From an uncultured bacterium (lineage in GTDB: Bacteria; GCA-001730085), in the NCBI GenBank assembly GCA_964565945.1, contig CAZMGY010000021.1:120001-152000 (forward strand): a stretch of DNA of 32,000 nt. The letters are read 5' to 3'. Every line of letters begins with the position of its first letter. The stretch's first letter is position 1. The translations under genes and the position numbers were made by a program. The notes beneath the pieces are model-generated. The model worked only from the letters and a program-made list of their open reading frames with translations. It was not told where the DNA came from and did not search any database. Shown here one piece after another: positions 18,223 to 26,015 of this stretch.

Positions 18223-18987
18223 ATGTTAACGATTAAAGATTTGCACGCTAAAGTCAGCAATGAAGACAAAGATATTCTCAAAGGAGTAGACCTTAAGGTT
18301 AACGCAGGAGAAGTGCACGCTATTATGGGCCCCAATGGTGCAGGTAAAAGCACCTTGTCCAAAATTTTAGCTGGTCATCCCGACTACGAAGTCACGGCTG
18401 GATCAATTGATTACGAAGTGAATATGAAAAACAAAAACCTGCTCGAACTGGAAACCCATGAACGCGCCCATGCTGGCCTTTTTTTGGCGTTCCAATACCC
18501 CATCGAGATTCCAGGCGTCAATAACCTTACTTTTTTGCAAGCCGCTTACAATGCTGTTGGCACGGCGAACGGATTGGAAAGAATGGATATGCTTGACTTC
18601 CAAGACTTTGCCCAAAGCAAAATGAATGAACTCAAAATGGACCCCAGCTTTTTAAATCGCCCCGTTAATGTTGACTTTTCTGGAGGCGAAAAAAAACGTA
18701 ACGAAATTGTGCAGATGGCCATTCTTAATCCTCGTCTAGCTATTTTAGATGAAACCGATTCGGGCCTCGATGTGGATTCCTTAAAAATCGTTTCCAATGG
18801 TGTTAACCAATTGCGCAGAAAGCACAACGCCATTATTTTAATCACACACTATCAACGGCTACTCAATCATATTCAACCTGATTTTGTTCACATTCTCAGT
18901 GATGGAAAAATCATCGAAAGTGGCACCAAGGAGCTAGCACTCGAGATTGAAGAACAAGGATACGATTGGTTGGAGACAGACGCATGA
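18223..18987 (+). CDS. sufC: Fe-S cluster assembly ATPase SufC
   Basis: 254-aa ORF with Walker A GPNGAGKST, ABC signature FSGGEKKRNE and Walker B ILDETDSGLD. Confidence 0.95.
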   Translation: MLTIKDLHAKVSNEDKDILKGVDLKVNAGEVHAIMGPNGAGKSTLSKILAGHPDYEVTAGSIDYEVNMKNKNLLELETHERAHAGLFLAFQYPIEIPGVNNLTFLQAAYNAVGTANGLERMDMLDFQDFAQSKMNELKMDPSFLNRPVNVDFSGGEKKRNEIVQMAILNPRLAILDETDSGLDVDSLKIVSNGVNQLRRKHNAIILITHYQRLLNHIQPDFVHILSDGKIIESGTKELALEIEEQGYDWLETDA

Positions 18988-20207
18988 GCCTTTTTTCTTC
19001 TATTTCACCCCTAATTGATCTCTCCCGCTTGAGTGCTCCGCAACAAAAAAAATTGCACGCCACCTTGTCTAAGGAATGGCCTAGCTCTAAATCGGAATTT
19101 TGGCACTATGCTCCTTTAAGGGACCTCAACAAGCTTTCGTTGATTCAAGCTCTATCACAACCATCACTTACTCTAGAGGATTATGCCCAACAAGCGTTGT
19201 GTTTTGTGTTTGTTAATGGACAACTGCAACAAGAACCTCAGTCTCTCCCTGAAGGAGTGACCTTAAGCGACCAAGAACCCTTATCGCAACACTCGTACAA
19301 AGATCAACCTTTTGCCAAGATTAGCACCTTGTCGCATCCTAAAATATGGACCATTTCCATTGCCGACAATGTTGTTCTCACAAACCCAATTCGATTTATC
19401 CATCTTCTTAGCAATGCACAATTAGAGACAGCATGGTCGCAAACGGCCCTTCAAGTCAGCCAGGGAAAACATAGCCAAGCAATCATTGAAGAAGAGTTTT
19501 CTTCTCTCGATAATCATGCTTACTTTTTGAATCATAGCCAACATTTCACCCTGCAAACCTCGAGCCAGCTGACCTATTTACGCCATCAAAAGCTCAACAC
19601 CCAATCGTATTTGCTAAGCTTTTCCGACATGGATCTTGCTCGAGACAGCCAGGGCTTTTCTTATATTCAAAACACAGGCGCGCGCTATTCGCGCCATACA
19701 CTCGAGGTTAACCTCAATCAAGAAAACGCTCACATGAAAGCACTCGGCAACTACGCTCTCACTGGTCAACAACATTGTGAAAACTACACCCAAATCAATC
19801 ATGTGGCAGGACACACCGAAAGCGAACAAACATATAAGGGGATTTTGGCCGATAGCTCAACAGCAACATTCCATGGTGGAGTGCATGTCTACCCCAATGC
19901 CCGTTTAAGTTCGTCCAAACAGCTTAACCAAAATATTCTTTTGAGCTCTAAAGCTTTGGTGAACACTAAACCTCAACTCGAAATCGATAACGACGATGTC
20001 CAGTGTACGCATGGCGCCACCATTGGTCAGTTGAATCCCGAAGAATACTTTTATCTAGAAAGCCGAGGTATTCCTCCTCAACAAGCTCAACATATGCTTT
20101 TTAAAGGATTCGTCTTTGATTTATTGGAACAAACCTCTCTAAGCCAAGACAAACAACAGCAATGGCTTAAAGCTTTACTACAACCCTTCGAGAGCCTGCC
20201 CTTATGA
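18984..20207 (+). CDS. sufD: Fe-S cluster assembly protein SufD
   Basis: Follows sufC with an ATGA overlap (ATG 18984). The C-terminal region QLEIDNDDVQCTHGATIGQLNPEEYFYLESRGI is the SufB/SufD beta-helix signature. The N-terminal half is divergent. Confidence 0.85.
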   Translation: MSLFSSISPLIDLSRLSAPQQKKLHATLSKEWPSSKSEFWHYAPLRDLNKLSLIQALSQPSLTLEDYAQQALCFVFVNGQLQQEPQSLPEGVTLSDQEPLSQHSYKDQPFAKISTLSHPKIWTISIADNVVLTNPIRFIHLLSNAQLETAWSQTALQVSQGKHSQAIIEEEFSSLDNHAYFLNHSQHFTLQTSSQLTYLRHQKLNTQSYLLSFSDMDLARDSQGFSYIQNTGARYSRHTLEVNLNQENAHMKALGNYALTGQQHCENYTQINHVAGHTESEQTYKGILADSSTATFHGGVHVYPNARLSSSKQLNQNILLSSKALVNTKPQLEIDNDDVQCTHGATIGQLNPEEYFYLESRGIPPQQAQHMLFKGFVFDLLEQTSLSQDKQQQWLKALLQPFESLPL

Positions 20208-21439
20208 GTTCGCCAAATTTTGATGTTCACACCTTAAGAGACGACTTTCCTATTTTGTTACGTAATATTCACGGCAATAAACCTTTGGTGTACTTAGATA
20301 ACGCCGCCACAACACTTAAGCCCAAACAAGTTGTCGATCATATTGCGCGTCATTATCTTATGGAAAGCTCCAACATTCATCGTGGAGTCCATTACTTAAG
20401 TGAACAGGCCACCGTTGCTTTTGAGTGCACCCGCACCAAAACACGCGCATTCATCAATGCCTCCAAAAATCAGGAAATCATTTTCACCAAAGGCACCACC
20501 GACAGCATTAACATGGTGGTTCAAAGCTATGGACGCGCTTTTTTAAAAACCAGCGATGAGATCTTGATCAGTCACATGGAACACCACTCCAACATTGTTC
20601 CGTGGCAAATGCTCTGCGAAGAAAAAGGCTGTGTGCTCAAGGTAATTCCTATCACCGACGAAGGCGAACTTGATATGAACGCGTTTGAGCAACTGCTCAC
20701 CGACAAAGTTAAATTTTTATCGATCGTACATACCTCCAACTCCTTAGGAACCATCAACCCAGTGAAAGAGATGATTCAAAAAGCTCATCAGTTTCATATT
20801 CCCGTCTTGGTCGATGGTGCTCAAGTTGTTAATCATAGTCCCATAGACGTTCAAGATTTGGATTGTGATTTTTTTGTTTTTTCGGGCCACAAAATGTTTG
20901 GCCCCACTGGCGTCGGCGTGCTTTATGGCAAAGAACACCTTTTGCAAGAAATGCCTCCCGTTCAAGGAGGAGGAAACATGATCTTAAGTGTATCTTTCGA
21001 CAAAACCTTTTACAACGAATTGCCTTATAAGTTTGAAGCAGGCACACCCCACATTGCTGGAGTTATTGGCTTAGGCAAAGCCCTTGACTATCTTGGTAAA
21101 ATAGACTTAAAGCACATTGAAACACATAAGAACGATCTATGTCAATATGGCATGAAGACTCTCGGCAACATTAAAGGCCTACGTTTGATTGGAACCGCCA
21201 AACACAAAGCCCCTGTTTTATCGTTTGTCCTCGAAGGTATTCATCCCCATGATATTGGTACCTTAATCGACGAGCATGGTGTTGCCATTCGCACTGGACA
21301 CCACTGCACCGAACCTGTGATGAAACGTTATGGGGTAGTCGCCACAGCAAGAGCCTCCTTAGCCATGTACAATACCAGGAAAGATATTGATGCCTTGGTA
21401 CATGCGATTCATGCTGTACAAAAAGTTTTTCAAGTTTAG
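20204..21439 (+). CDS. sufS: cysteine desulfurase, SufS type (class II aminotransferase V)
   Basis: 411-aa ORF. VYLDNAATT, HHSNIVPWQ, FSGHKMFGPTGVGVLYG (PLP lysine) and RTGHHCTEP (catalytic Cys loop). It overlaps the sufD stop. Confidence 0.95.
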   Translation: MSSPNFDVHTLRDDFPILLRNIHGNKPLVYLDNAATTLKPKQVVDHIARHYLMESSNIHRGVHYLSEQATVAFECTRTKTRAFINASKNQEIIFTKGTTDSINMVVQSYGRAFLKTSDEILISHMEHHSNIVPWQMLCEEKGCVLKVIPITDEGELDMNAFEQLLTDKVKFLSIVHTSNSLGTINPVKEMIQKAHQFHIPVLVDGAQVVNHSPIDVQDLDCDFFVFSGHKMFGPTGVGVLYGKEHLLQEMPPVQGGGNMILSVSFDKTFYNELPYKFEAGTPHIAGVIGLGKALDYLGKIDLKHIETHKNDLCQYGMKTLGNIKGLRLIGTAKHKAPVLSFVLEGIHPHDIGTLIDEHGVAIRTGHHCTEPVMKRYGVVATARASLAMYNTRKDIDALVHAIHAVQKVFQV

Positions 21440-21460
21440 AACAAAGTAAAGGAGTTTTAT

Positions 21461-21919
21461 GTGAGTCAAAGTCAGCGTGATGAATTATATCAACAAGTGA
21501 TCTTAGAACATAATCGAAAGCCCAAAAACTTTCATAAGCTCAATCCCTACACCAATTATGCCGAAGGGTTCAACCCTTTGTGTGGCGACCACTTCCATGT
21601 TTATCTCAACATTAATGATGACGGTATGATTGAAGAGATTAGCTTCGAAGGCGAAGGTTGTGCCATTTCCAAATCATCCTCATCCATGATGACAACCTTT
21701 CTAACAGGTAAGCATATCGACGAAGTAAAACCCCTTCTAGAGGAGTTTCAACAGCTGATCACGGGTAAACTTAATCCCGAAATTGACGAACATCACCTTG
21801 GCAAGCTAGCTATTTTTTCGGGCGTCCAAAAATACCCTTCACGCGTAAAATGCGCCATTCTCTCTTGGCATGCGATCAAAGGAGCTTTGGACAATCAACA
21901 ACTAATCAACACCGAATAA
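21461..21919 (+). CDS. sufU: SUF-system sulfur-transfer/scaffold protein SufU (IscU-like)
   Basis: 152-aa ORF with a GTG start 6 nt after GGAG. It has NPLCGD, GEGCAIS and VKCAILSWHA Cys motifs, with the insertion typical of SufU. Confidence 0.85.
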   Translation: MSQSQRDELYQQVILEHNRKPKNFHKLNPYTNYAEGFNPLCGDHFHVYLNINDDGMIEEISFEGEGCAISKSSSSMMTTFLTGKHIDEVKPLLEEFQQLITGKLNPEIDEHHLGKLAIFSGVQKYPSRVKCAILSWHAIKGALDNQQLINTE

Positions 21920-21946
21920 GTTGAACGATAAAGAAAGGCGCACACA

Positions 21947-22498
21947 ATGAACCACCAACTCATAATTCAACCCACACCCAATCCCAATGCATTTAAGTTT
22001 ATTATTGATATTGATGTGATCAACGATGGAAAAATCACATACAAATCAATCGACGATTGTGAACACAACCCTATGGCACATGCGATTTTTATGTTAGGCT
22101 CGGTAACCGATGCGCACTTTTTTGAAAATGTAATCACCATCACAAAAACCGAGGAACACCCTTGGGCTGTCATGGAAGAAGCCATCAAAGCCACTATTTT
22201 GCAACACATCGATCGGCATGATCCTAACTTTATTCAGAAGAATTCAATCCAAAAGCCCAAACGCGAACTTTCTCCCGAGTTGCAAAAAATCGACGCTATT
22301 TTGGAAAAAGCGATTCGCCCCAGTTTACGCATGGACGGAGGCGACTTAACTATCCTCAACTTCGAAGGCAAAGTTTTAAGTATTCACTATGAAGGTGCTT
22401 GCGGAAGTTGTCCTAGTTCTCAGTGGGGCACATTGCAAGCCATTCAAAATGTTTTGCGAAGTGAGTACGACGAAGAGATTGAAGTGGTCGATCTTTAA
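21947..22498 (+). CDS. Nfu/NifU-like Fe-S cluster carrier (Nfu_N plus NifU C-terminal domain)
   Basis: 183-aa ORF. The N-terminal domain has PTPNPNAFKF and the C-terminal domain has RPSLRMDGGDL...CGSCPSS (CxxC). Confidence 0.8.
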   Translation: MNHQLIIQPTPNPNAFKFIIDIDVINDGKITYKSIDDCEHNPMAHAIFMLGSVTDAHFFENVITITKTEEHPWAVMEEAIKATILQHIDRHDPNFIQKNSIQKPKRELSPELQKIDAILEKAIRPSLRMDGGDLTILNFEGKVLSIHYEGACGSCPSSQWGTLQAIQNVLRSEYDEEIEVVDL

Positions 22499-22695
22499 AA
22501 TTTAGGCGTTTTCTTGATAATTTCAATCATTAGCTGTCTAGGTAAGATCACAGGATACATAAAGTTCTTACGACGTTGCTTTTATAACGATACTAAGACA
22601 CCCAGAACTTGACCATTCCAAACTGCCCTTTTACAGTGGGAAAGTTGAAGTTGAATTCGATAAAGAAGGACGCTTAAACCGCTTAATCTGGCAAC

Positions 22696-22724
22696 TTGAC
22701 GTTTTTGGTAAAGCCACTTATCAT
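22696..22724 (+). promoter_or_regulatory. candidate promoter placing the transcription start within a few nt of the queF ATG
   Basis: TTGACG (22696..22701), a 17-nt spacer, then TATCAT (22719..22724). The ATG is at 22734 with no purine-rich Shine-Dalgarno in between. Confidence 0.3.
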
Positions 22725-22733
22725 GGTATCATT

Positions 22734-23123
22734 ATGAAAATTTCATCATACGAAGGTCACCAAGACCACATACGTAGTTTAAAAACGCCCGCGATCGAGG
22801 TTTGGATCAATCAATACAGTGATCGTGACTACACCATTTCTCTCGAAGTGCCCGAGTTCACTTGCATTTGTCCCCAAACAGGTTTGCCTGATTTTGCTAT
22901 TTTGTATTTGAATTATGTACCTCAAGAAACATGTTTAGAACTCAAGTCCTTCAAAATATACATCAATTTCTATCGTGATATTGGGATTTTTCACGAACAT
23001 TTGGTCAATAAAATTTTGGATGACATTGTCGTCGCCTGCCAACCTAAGTCGGCCATGCTTCGCGCCAAAATGAACCCTCGTGGTGGCATCACCACTATCG
23101 TGGAAGCTACTTATTCCATTTAG
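22734..23123 (+). CDS. queF: NADPH-dependent 7-cyano-7-deazaguanine reductase, type I
   Basis: 129-aa ORF. EVPEFTCICPQTGLPDFA (catalytic Cys), ELKSFKIYINFYRD, FHEH and NPRGGI match the unimodular QueF (YkvM-like) pattern. Confidence 0.9.
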   Translation: MKISSYEGHQDHIRSLKTPAIEVWINQYSDRDYTISLEVPEFTCICPQTGLPDFAILYLNYVPQETCLELKSFKIYINFYRDIGIFHEHLVNKILDDIVVACQPKSAMLRAKMNPRGGITTIVEATYSI

Positions 23124-24610
23124 GAAAGCTGGCTGAGCTGAAAATCTTTTTGCGCACCCAGTCGATCCCCTAAACTTTGTTTAGCCAAAGAACGATTGTA
23201 GTAAACATCTTTCCAGCCTGGCATTTTATTGAGCGCTTGATCGTAATAACGGACGGATTGATCAAAGTGACCGCGTCGATAAGCGATATTACCTAAGTTG
23301 TAATACGCCTCAGCATTATCAGGATCGATAGTGATCACCACCTGATAATCCTTGACCGCAGCCTCATAATCTTCTAATGCACTATAGCAACGCGCTCTTT
23401 GAAAATAAGCATCTTGCATGCCTGGCTCTAACACTATCCCTTGCGACCAAGCCACTGTAGCTTGCTCAAAATTTTCGGCTTTCATCCAGGTATCGGCAAT
23501 ATCATACCAAAGCGTTGCTTCTGTCGAACCTTTGCTTTTGAGATACATCTGGTAATGCCGAATGGCTTGCCCCCAAACTTTTTTCGCACGATACGCATCT
23601 CCCAACACGCGATGGGCTCCATAAAACGTCGGTTGGACCTGAAGAACGCGCTTCAAGTCTTTAATCGCTACTTCAAGATCTAATTCTTCATAGGCTGCAC
23701 GAGCACGATTATAGTAAACACCCGCTTCGTCCAAACCTTCTTCAATCGCTCGATCATACAAAGCACGTGCTTGACTGACAAAACCTCTTTGCATAAGCAC
23801 CGTCGCTAAATGATTATAAGCATCTGCGTCGTGAGGGTCTTTGGCAATCAAATCTCGAAACACCTGCTCTGCGTACTCATAATTCCCGACAAAAAACCAA
23901 GCCAAACCTAAATTATGTTCTACCCCCACATCGACCATGCCTAGTTTTTTTGTATTTTTTAAGGCCCAAACAGCAATATCATATTGGCGCACTTCCAAGC
24001 TTAACGCTCCAAGATGCGCCCAAGCTTTCACACGAAAAAAATCGCGCTTAACCAAGTCCCGGTAATCGGCAATGGCCAAAGCCGTTTCGCCATTTTGGGC
24101 ATAGGCAAAGGCTTTTTTTTCGAGAGCATCCAAATGATTTTCGTCTAACCTTAGAGTCATTGCCAAATCCGCAATCGTTTCTGGCCAAAGTTGTTGATCA
24201 AAATACACACATCCTCGCCCATAATAAGATGCAATAAGGGGTTGTTTGTCAATTACAAGGTTATAATCCAATAAAGCTTTGCGGTAAAGCTTTCGCTTGG
24301 CAAAAATTTGTGCCCTCAAAAGATAGGCTTGGGTCAGATCTGGATTTAAGTGAATGGCTTGGCTCAAATCAGCAATCTTACCATCTTCATCCATTCGAAT
24401 CCGCGCTCGCCAGTAATAATTCATAGCATTGGTTGGACCATGTTCCACGGCCCAACCAATGCTATCCATGGCTTCGCCCCAACGGTCTTCTTCAAAGAGC
24501 CTCATCGCTTCAAATCGTTTTTTTAAATCTTCTTTTTGATTTGCATCAACTAGTGCGCTAGTTGCTACCAAAACCCCCGCAACCATTATGCTACGTTGAA
24601 CAAGTCCCAT
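23120..24610 (-). CDS. secreted tetratricopeptide-repeat protein
   Basis: Many TPR units (for example AEAYYNLGNIAYRRGHFDQSVRYYDQALNKMP). I prefer ATG 24610 (GGGGA 7 nt upstream), which gives the signal-peptide-like MGLVQRSIMVAGVLVATSALVDA. The track start is GTG 24634. Its stop overlaps the queF stop convergently. Confidence 0.8.
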   Translation of the reverse strand: MGLVQRSIMVAGVLVATSALVDANQKEDLKKRFEAMRLFEEDRWGEAMDSIGWAVEHGPTNAMNYYWRARIRMDEDGKIADLSQAIHLNPDLTQAYLLRAQIFAKRKLYRKALLDYNLVIDKQPLIASYYGRGCVYFDQQLWPETIADLAMTLRLDENHLDALEKKAFAYAQNGETALAIADYRDLVKRDFFRVKAWAHLGALSLEVRQYDIAVWALKNTKKLGMVDVGVEHNLGLAWFFVGNYEYAEQVFRDLIAKDPHDADAYNHLATVLMQRGFVSQARALYDRAIEEGLDEAGVYYNRARAAYEELDLEVAIKDLKRVLQVQPTFYGAHRVLGDAYRAKKVWGQAIRHYQMYLKSKGSTEATLWYDIADTWMKAENFEQATVAWSQGIVLEPGMQDAYFQRARCYSALEDYEAAVKDYQVVITIDPDNAEAYYNLGNIAYRRGHFDQSVRYYDQALNKMPGWKDVYYNRSLAKQSLGDRLGAQKDFQLSQLS

Positions 24611-24963
24611 ACTTTCATCCCCAATCCTGCACACACAAGAGATAAGCTATTATGCAAACCGATATTGGCCAAAGCCCAGCCATAATCCCCTTTTTGAAAC
24701 AACTCCATCGTCTGAAAACTAAAGGTTGAAAAGGTTGTTAAGGCCCCCCCCCCACCAACCAAAATAAAAAGTTTTGCAGCCTCCGAAGAAAAACGTACAC
24801 TAAGCCACACAGCACATAAACCAAACATAAAGGAGCCCAAAATATTAGCGAACAAAACCCCCAAAGATACAGGGAACACAGCCCAGCGATCTATCACAGT
24901 CACCATACCATAACGCAACATTGCCCCCAAAGCCCCTCCTAGCGCAACCCATCCGACTAACAT
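24586..24963 (-). CDS. crcB: fluoride ion channel CrcB/FluC
   Basis: 125-aa, four-TM ORF. GGALGAMLRY and GGGGALTTFSTFSFQ are CrcB hallmarks. Its start overlaps the mutY stop by 7 nt. Confidence 0.9.
   Translation of the reverse strand: MLVGWVALGGALGAMLRYGMVTVIDRWAVFPVSLGVLFANILGSFMFGLCAVWLSVRFSSEAAKLFILVGGGGALTTFSTFSFQTMELFQKGDYGWALANIGLHNSLSLVCAGLGMKVWDLFNVA
24744..24753 (-). repeat. G10 homopolymer (C10 on the plus strand) inside the crcB coding sequence
   Basis: Direct count gives c24744..c24753. On the coding strand, ggt ggg ggg ggg gcc encodes the GGGGA of the conserved motif. It is the longest G/C run I saw in the window. Confidence 0.95.
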
Positions 24964-26015
24964 GCCGCCACCTCAAGAAGTTTATCGACAATACGAGCAC
25001 TGCCCGAAGGCATCGCAAAGGTTTGTATTTCATCCAAGTCAACCCAACGCACCGTTTTGGTCTCTTCAATTTTATCAGTGATTTGGCACGTATACACATG
25101 CAAAGTCACACTGAATTGTGTGTAGTTATGTTTCACTTTGGTTAAAAATTGAGAGTCCGACAACTTAACCCCCAACTCTTCATAAATTTCCCGTTGCAAC
25201 GTTTCTTCGATTTGTTCATTGTTTTCTTTTTTGCCTCCAGGAAATTCCCAAAGCCCCGCCAATAAACCTTCCTGAGGACGTTGCTGAATGTAAAATTTAT
25301 CGTCGCTGCGAATCACAGCTATAGCGGCATCTACTTTATGAATCACTTTTTTCTTAGGTGTAGGAATCAGCTCTTGAATACCTTTTTCGTAAGCCAAACA
25401 AGATGCTTTAATCGGACATAGCAAACACATAGGTTCTCTGGAGCGACAAACCAAAGCACCCATTTCCATCAATGATTGATTAAAATCTCTCATATCAGAA
25501 TAAGGCATAACCTCGTACAAGTAAGCTTTAATCTCTTTATCTTGTTTGGTATCTGCCACACCTTCCTTAGCCAAGAGCCTCATAACAAGACGGCGCACAT
25601 TGGCATCAATAATCGGCTCTCGCAAATCAAAGGCAATGCTCAACACAGCCCCTGTTGTGTAGGGACCAAAACCCGGCAAATGTTTAAGTTCGTCTTTATT
25701 GGAAGGAACCTGCCCTTCGAACTCAGCAACAATGACTTGTGCCGCCGTATGAATATGTTTGGCTCTACGGTAGTACCCCAAGCCTTGCCACACTTTTAAC
25801 ACATCATCGAATGGTGCTACCGCCACATCATAAACACTAGGAAAGACCTCCATCCAGCATTTAAAATAGGGAACCACCGTAGCAACGGTGGTTTGTTGCA
25901 ACATTACCTCGGAAATCCATATTTTGTAAGGATCACGTATTTCACGCCAAGGTAATTTTCTCGCTTGCTTTCGATACCATTCCAACAATGATTGTGCCAA
26001 ATCGCCCATAAACAT
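24957..26015 (-). CDS. mutY: A/G-specific adenine DNA glycosylase
   Basis: 352-aa ORF. LPWREIRDPYKIWISEVMLQQT, an HhH-GPD region, a 4Fe-4S Cys cluster (CRSREPMCLLCPIKASC) and a C-terminal NUDIX-like domain (GLWEFPGGK). Confidence 0.9.
   Translation of the reverse strand: MFMGDLAQSLLEWYRKQARKLPWREIRDPYKIWISEVMLQQTTVATVVPYFKCWMEVFPSVYDVAVAPFDDVLKVWQGLGYYRRAKHIHTAAQVIVAEFEGQVPSNKDELKHLPGFGPYTTGAVLSIAFDLREPIIDANVRRLVMRLLAKEGVADTKQDKEIKAYLYEVMPYSDMRDFNQSLMEMGALVCRSREPMCLLCPIKASCLAYEKGIQELIPTPKKKVIHKVDAAIAVIRSDDKFYIQQRPQEGLLAGLWEFPGGKKENNEQIEETLQREIYEELGVKLSDSQFLTKVKHNYTQFSVTLHVYTCQITDKIEETKTVRWVDLDEIQTFAMPSGSARIVDKLLEVAAC

Noticed and set aside
22563-22733. 57 stop-free codons in frame directly upstream of the queF ATG (…PELDHSKLPFYSGKVEVEFDKEGRLNRLIWQLDVFGKATYHGII)
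   Set aside because: The stretch looks protein-like, but it contains no in-frame ATG, GTG or TTG. QueF homology is complete from ATG 22734, and a promoter-like element lies inside it. It may be a relic of a lost gene, but I cannot support a feature.
22499-22733. Expected preQ1 riboswitch upstream of queF
   Set aside because: I could not find the short hairpin followed by an A-rich tail and a pseudoknot-forming CUA/AGG element. An Rfam scan would be decisive.
24957-24975. Expected fluoride riboswitch upstream of crcB
   Set aside because: The crcB start overlaps the mutY stop, so there is no untranslated leader that could hold a riboswitch.
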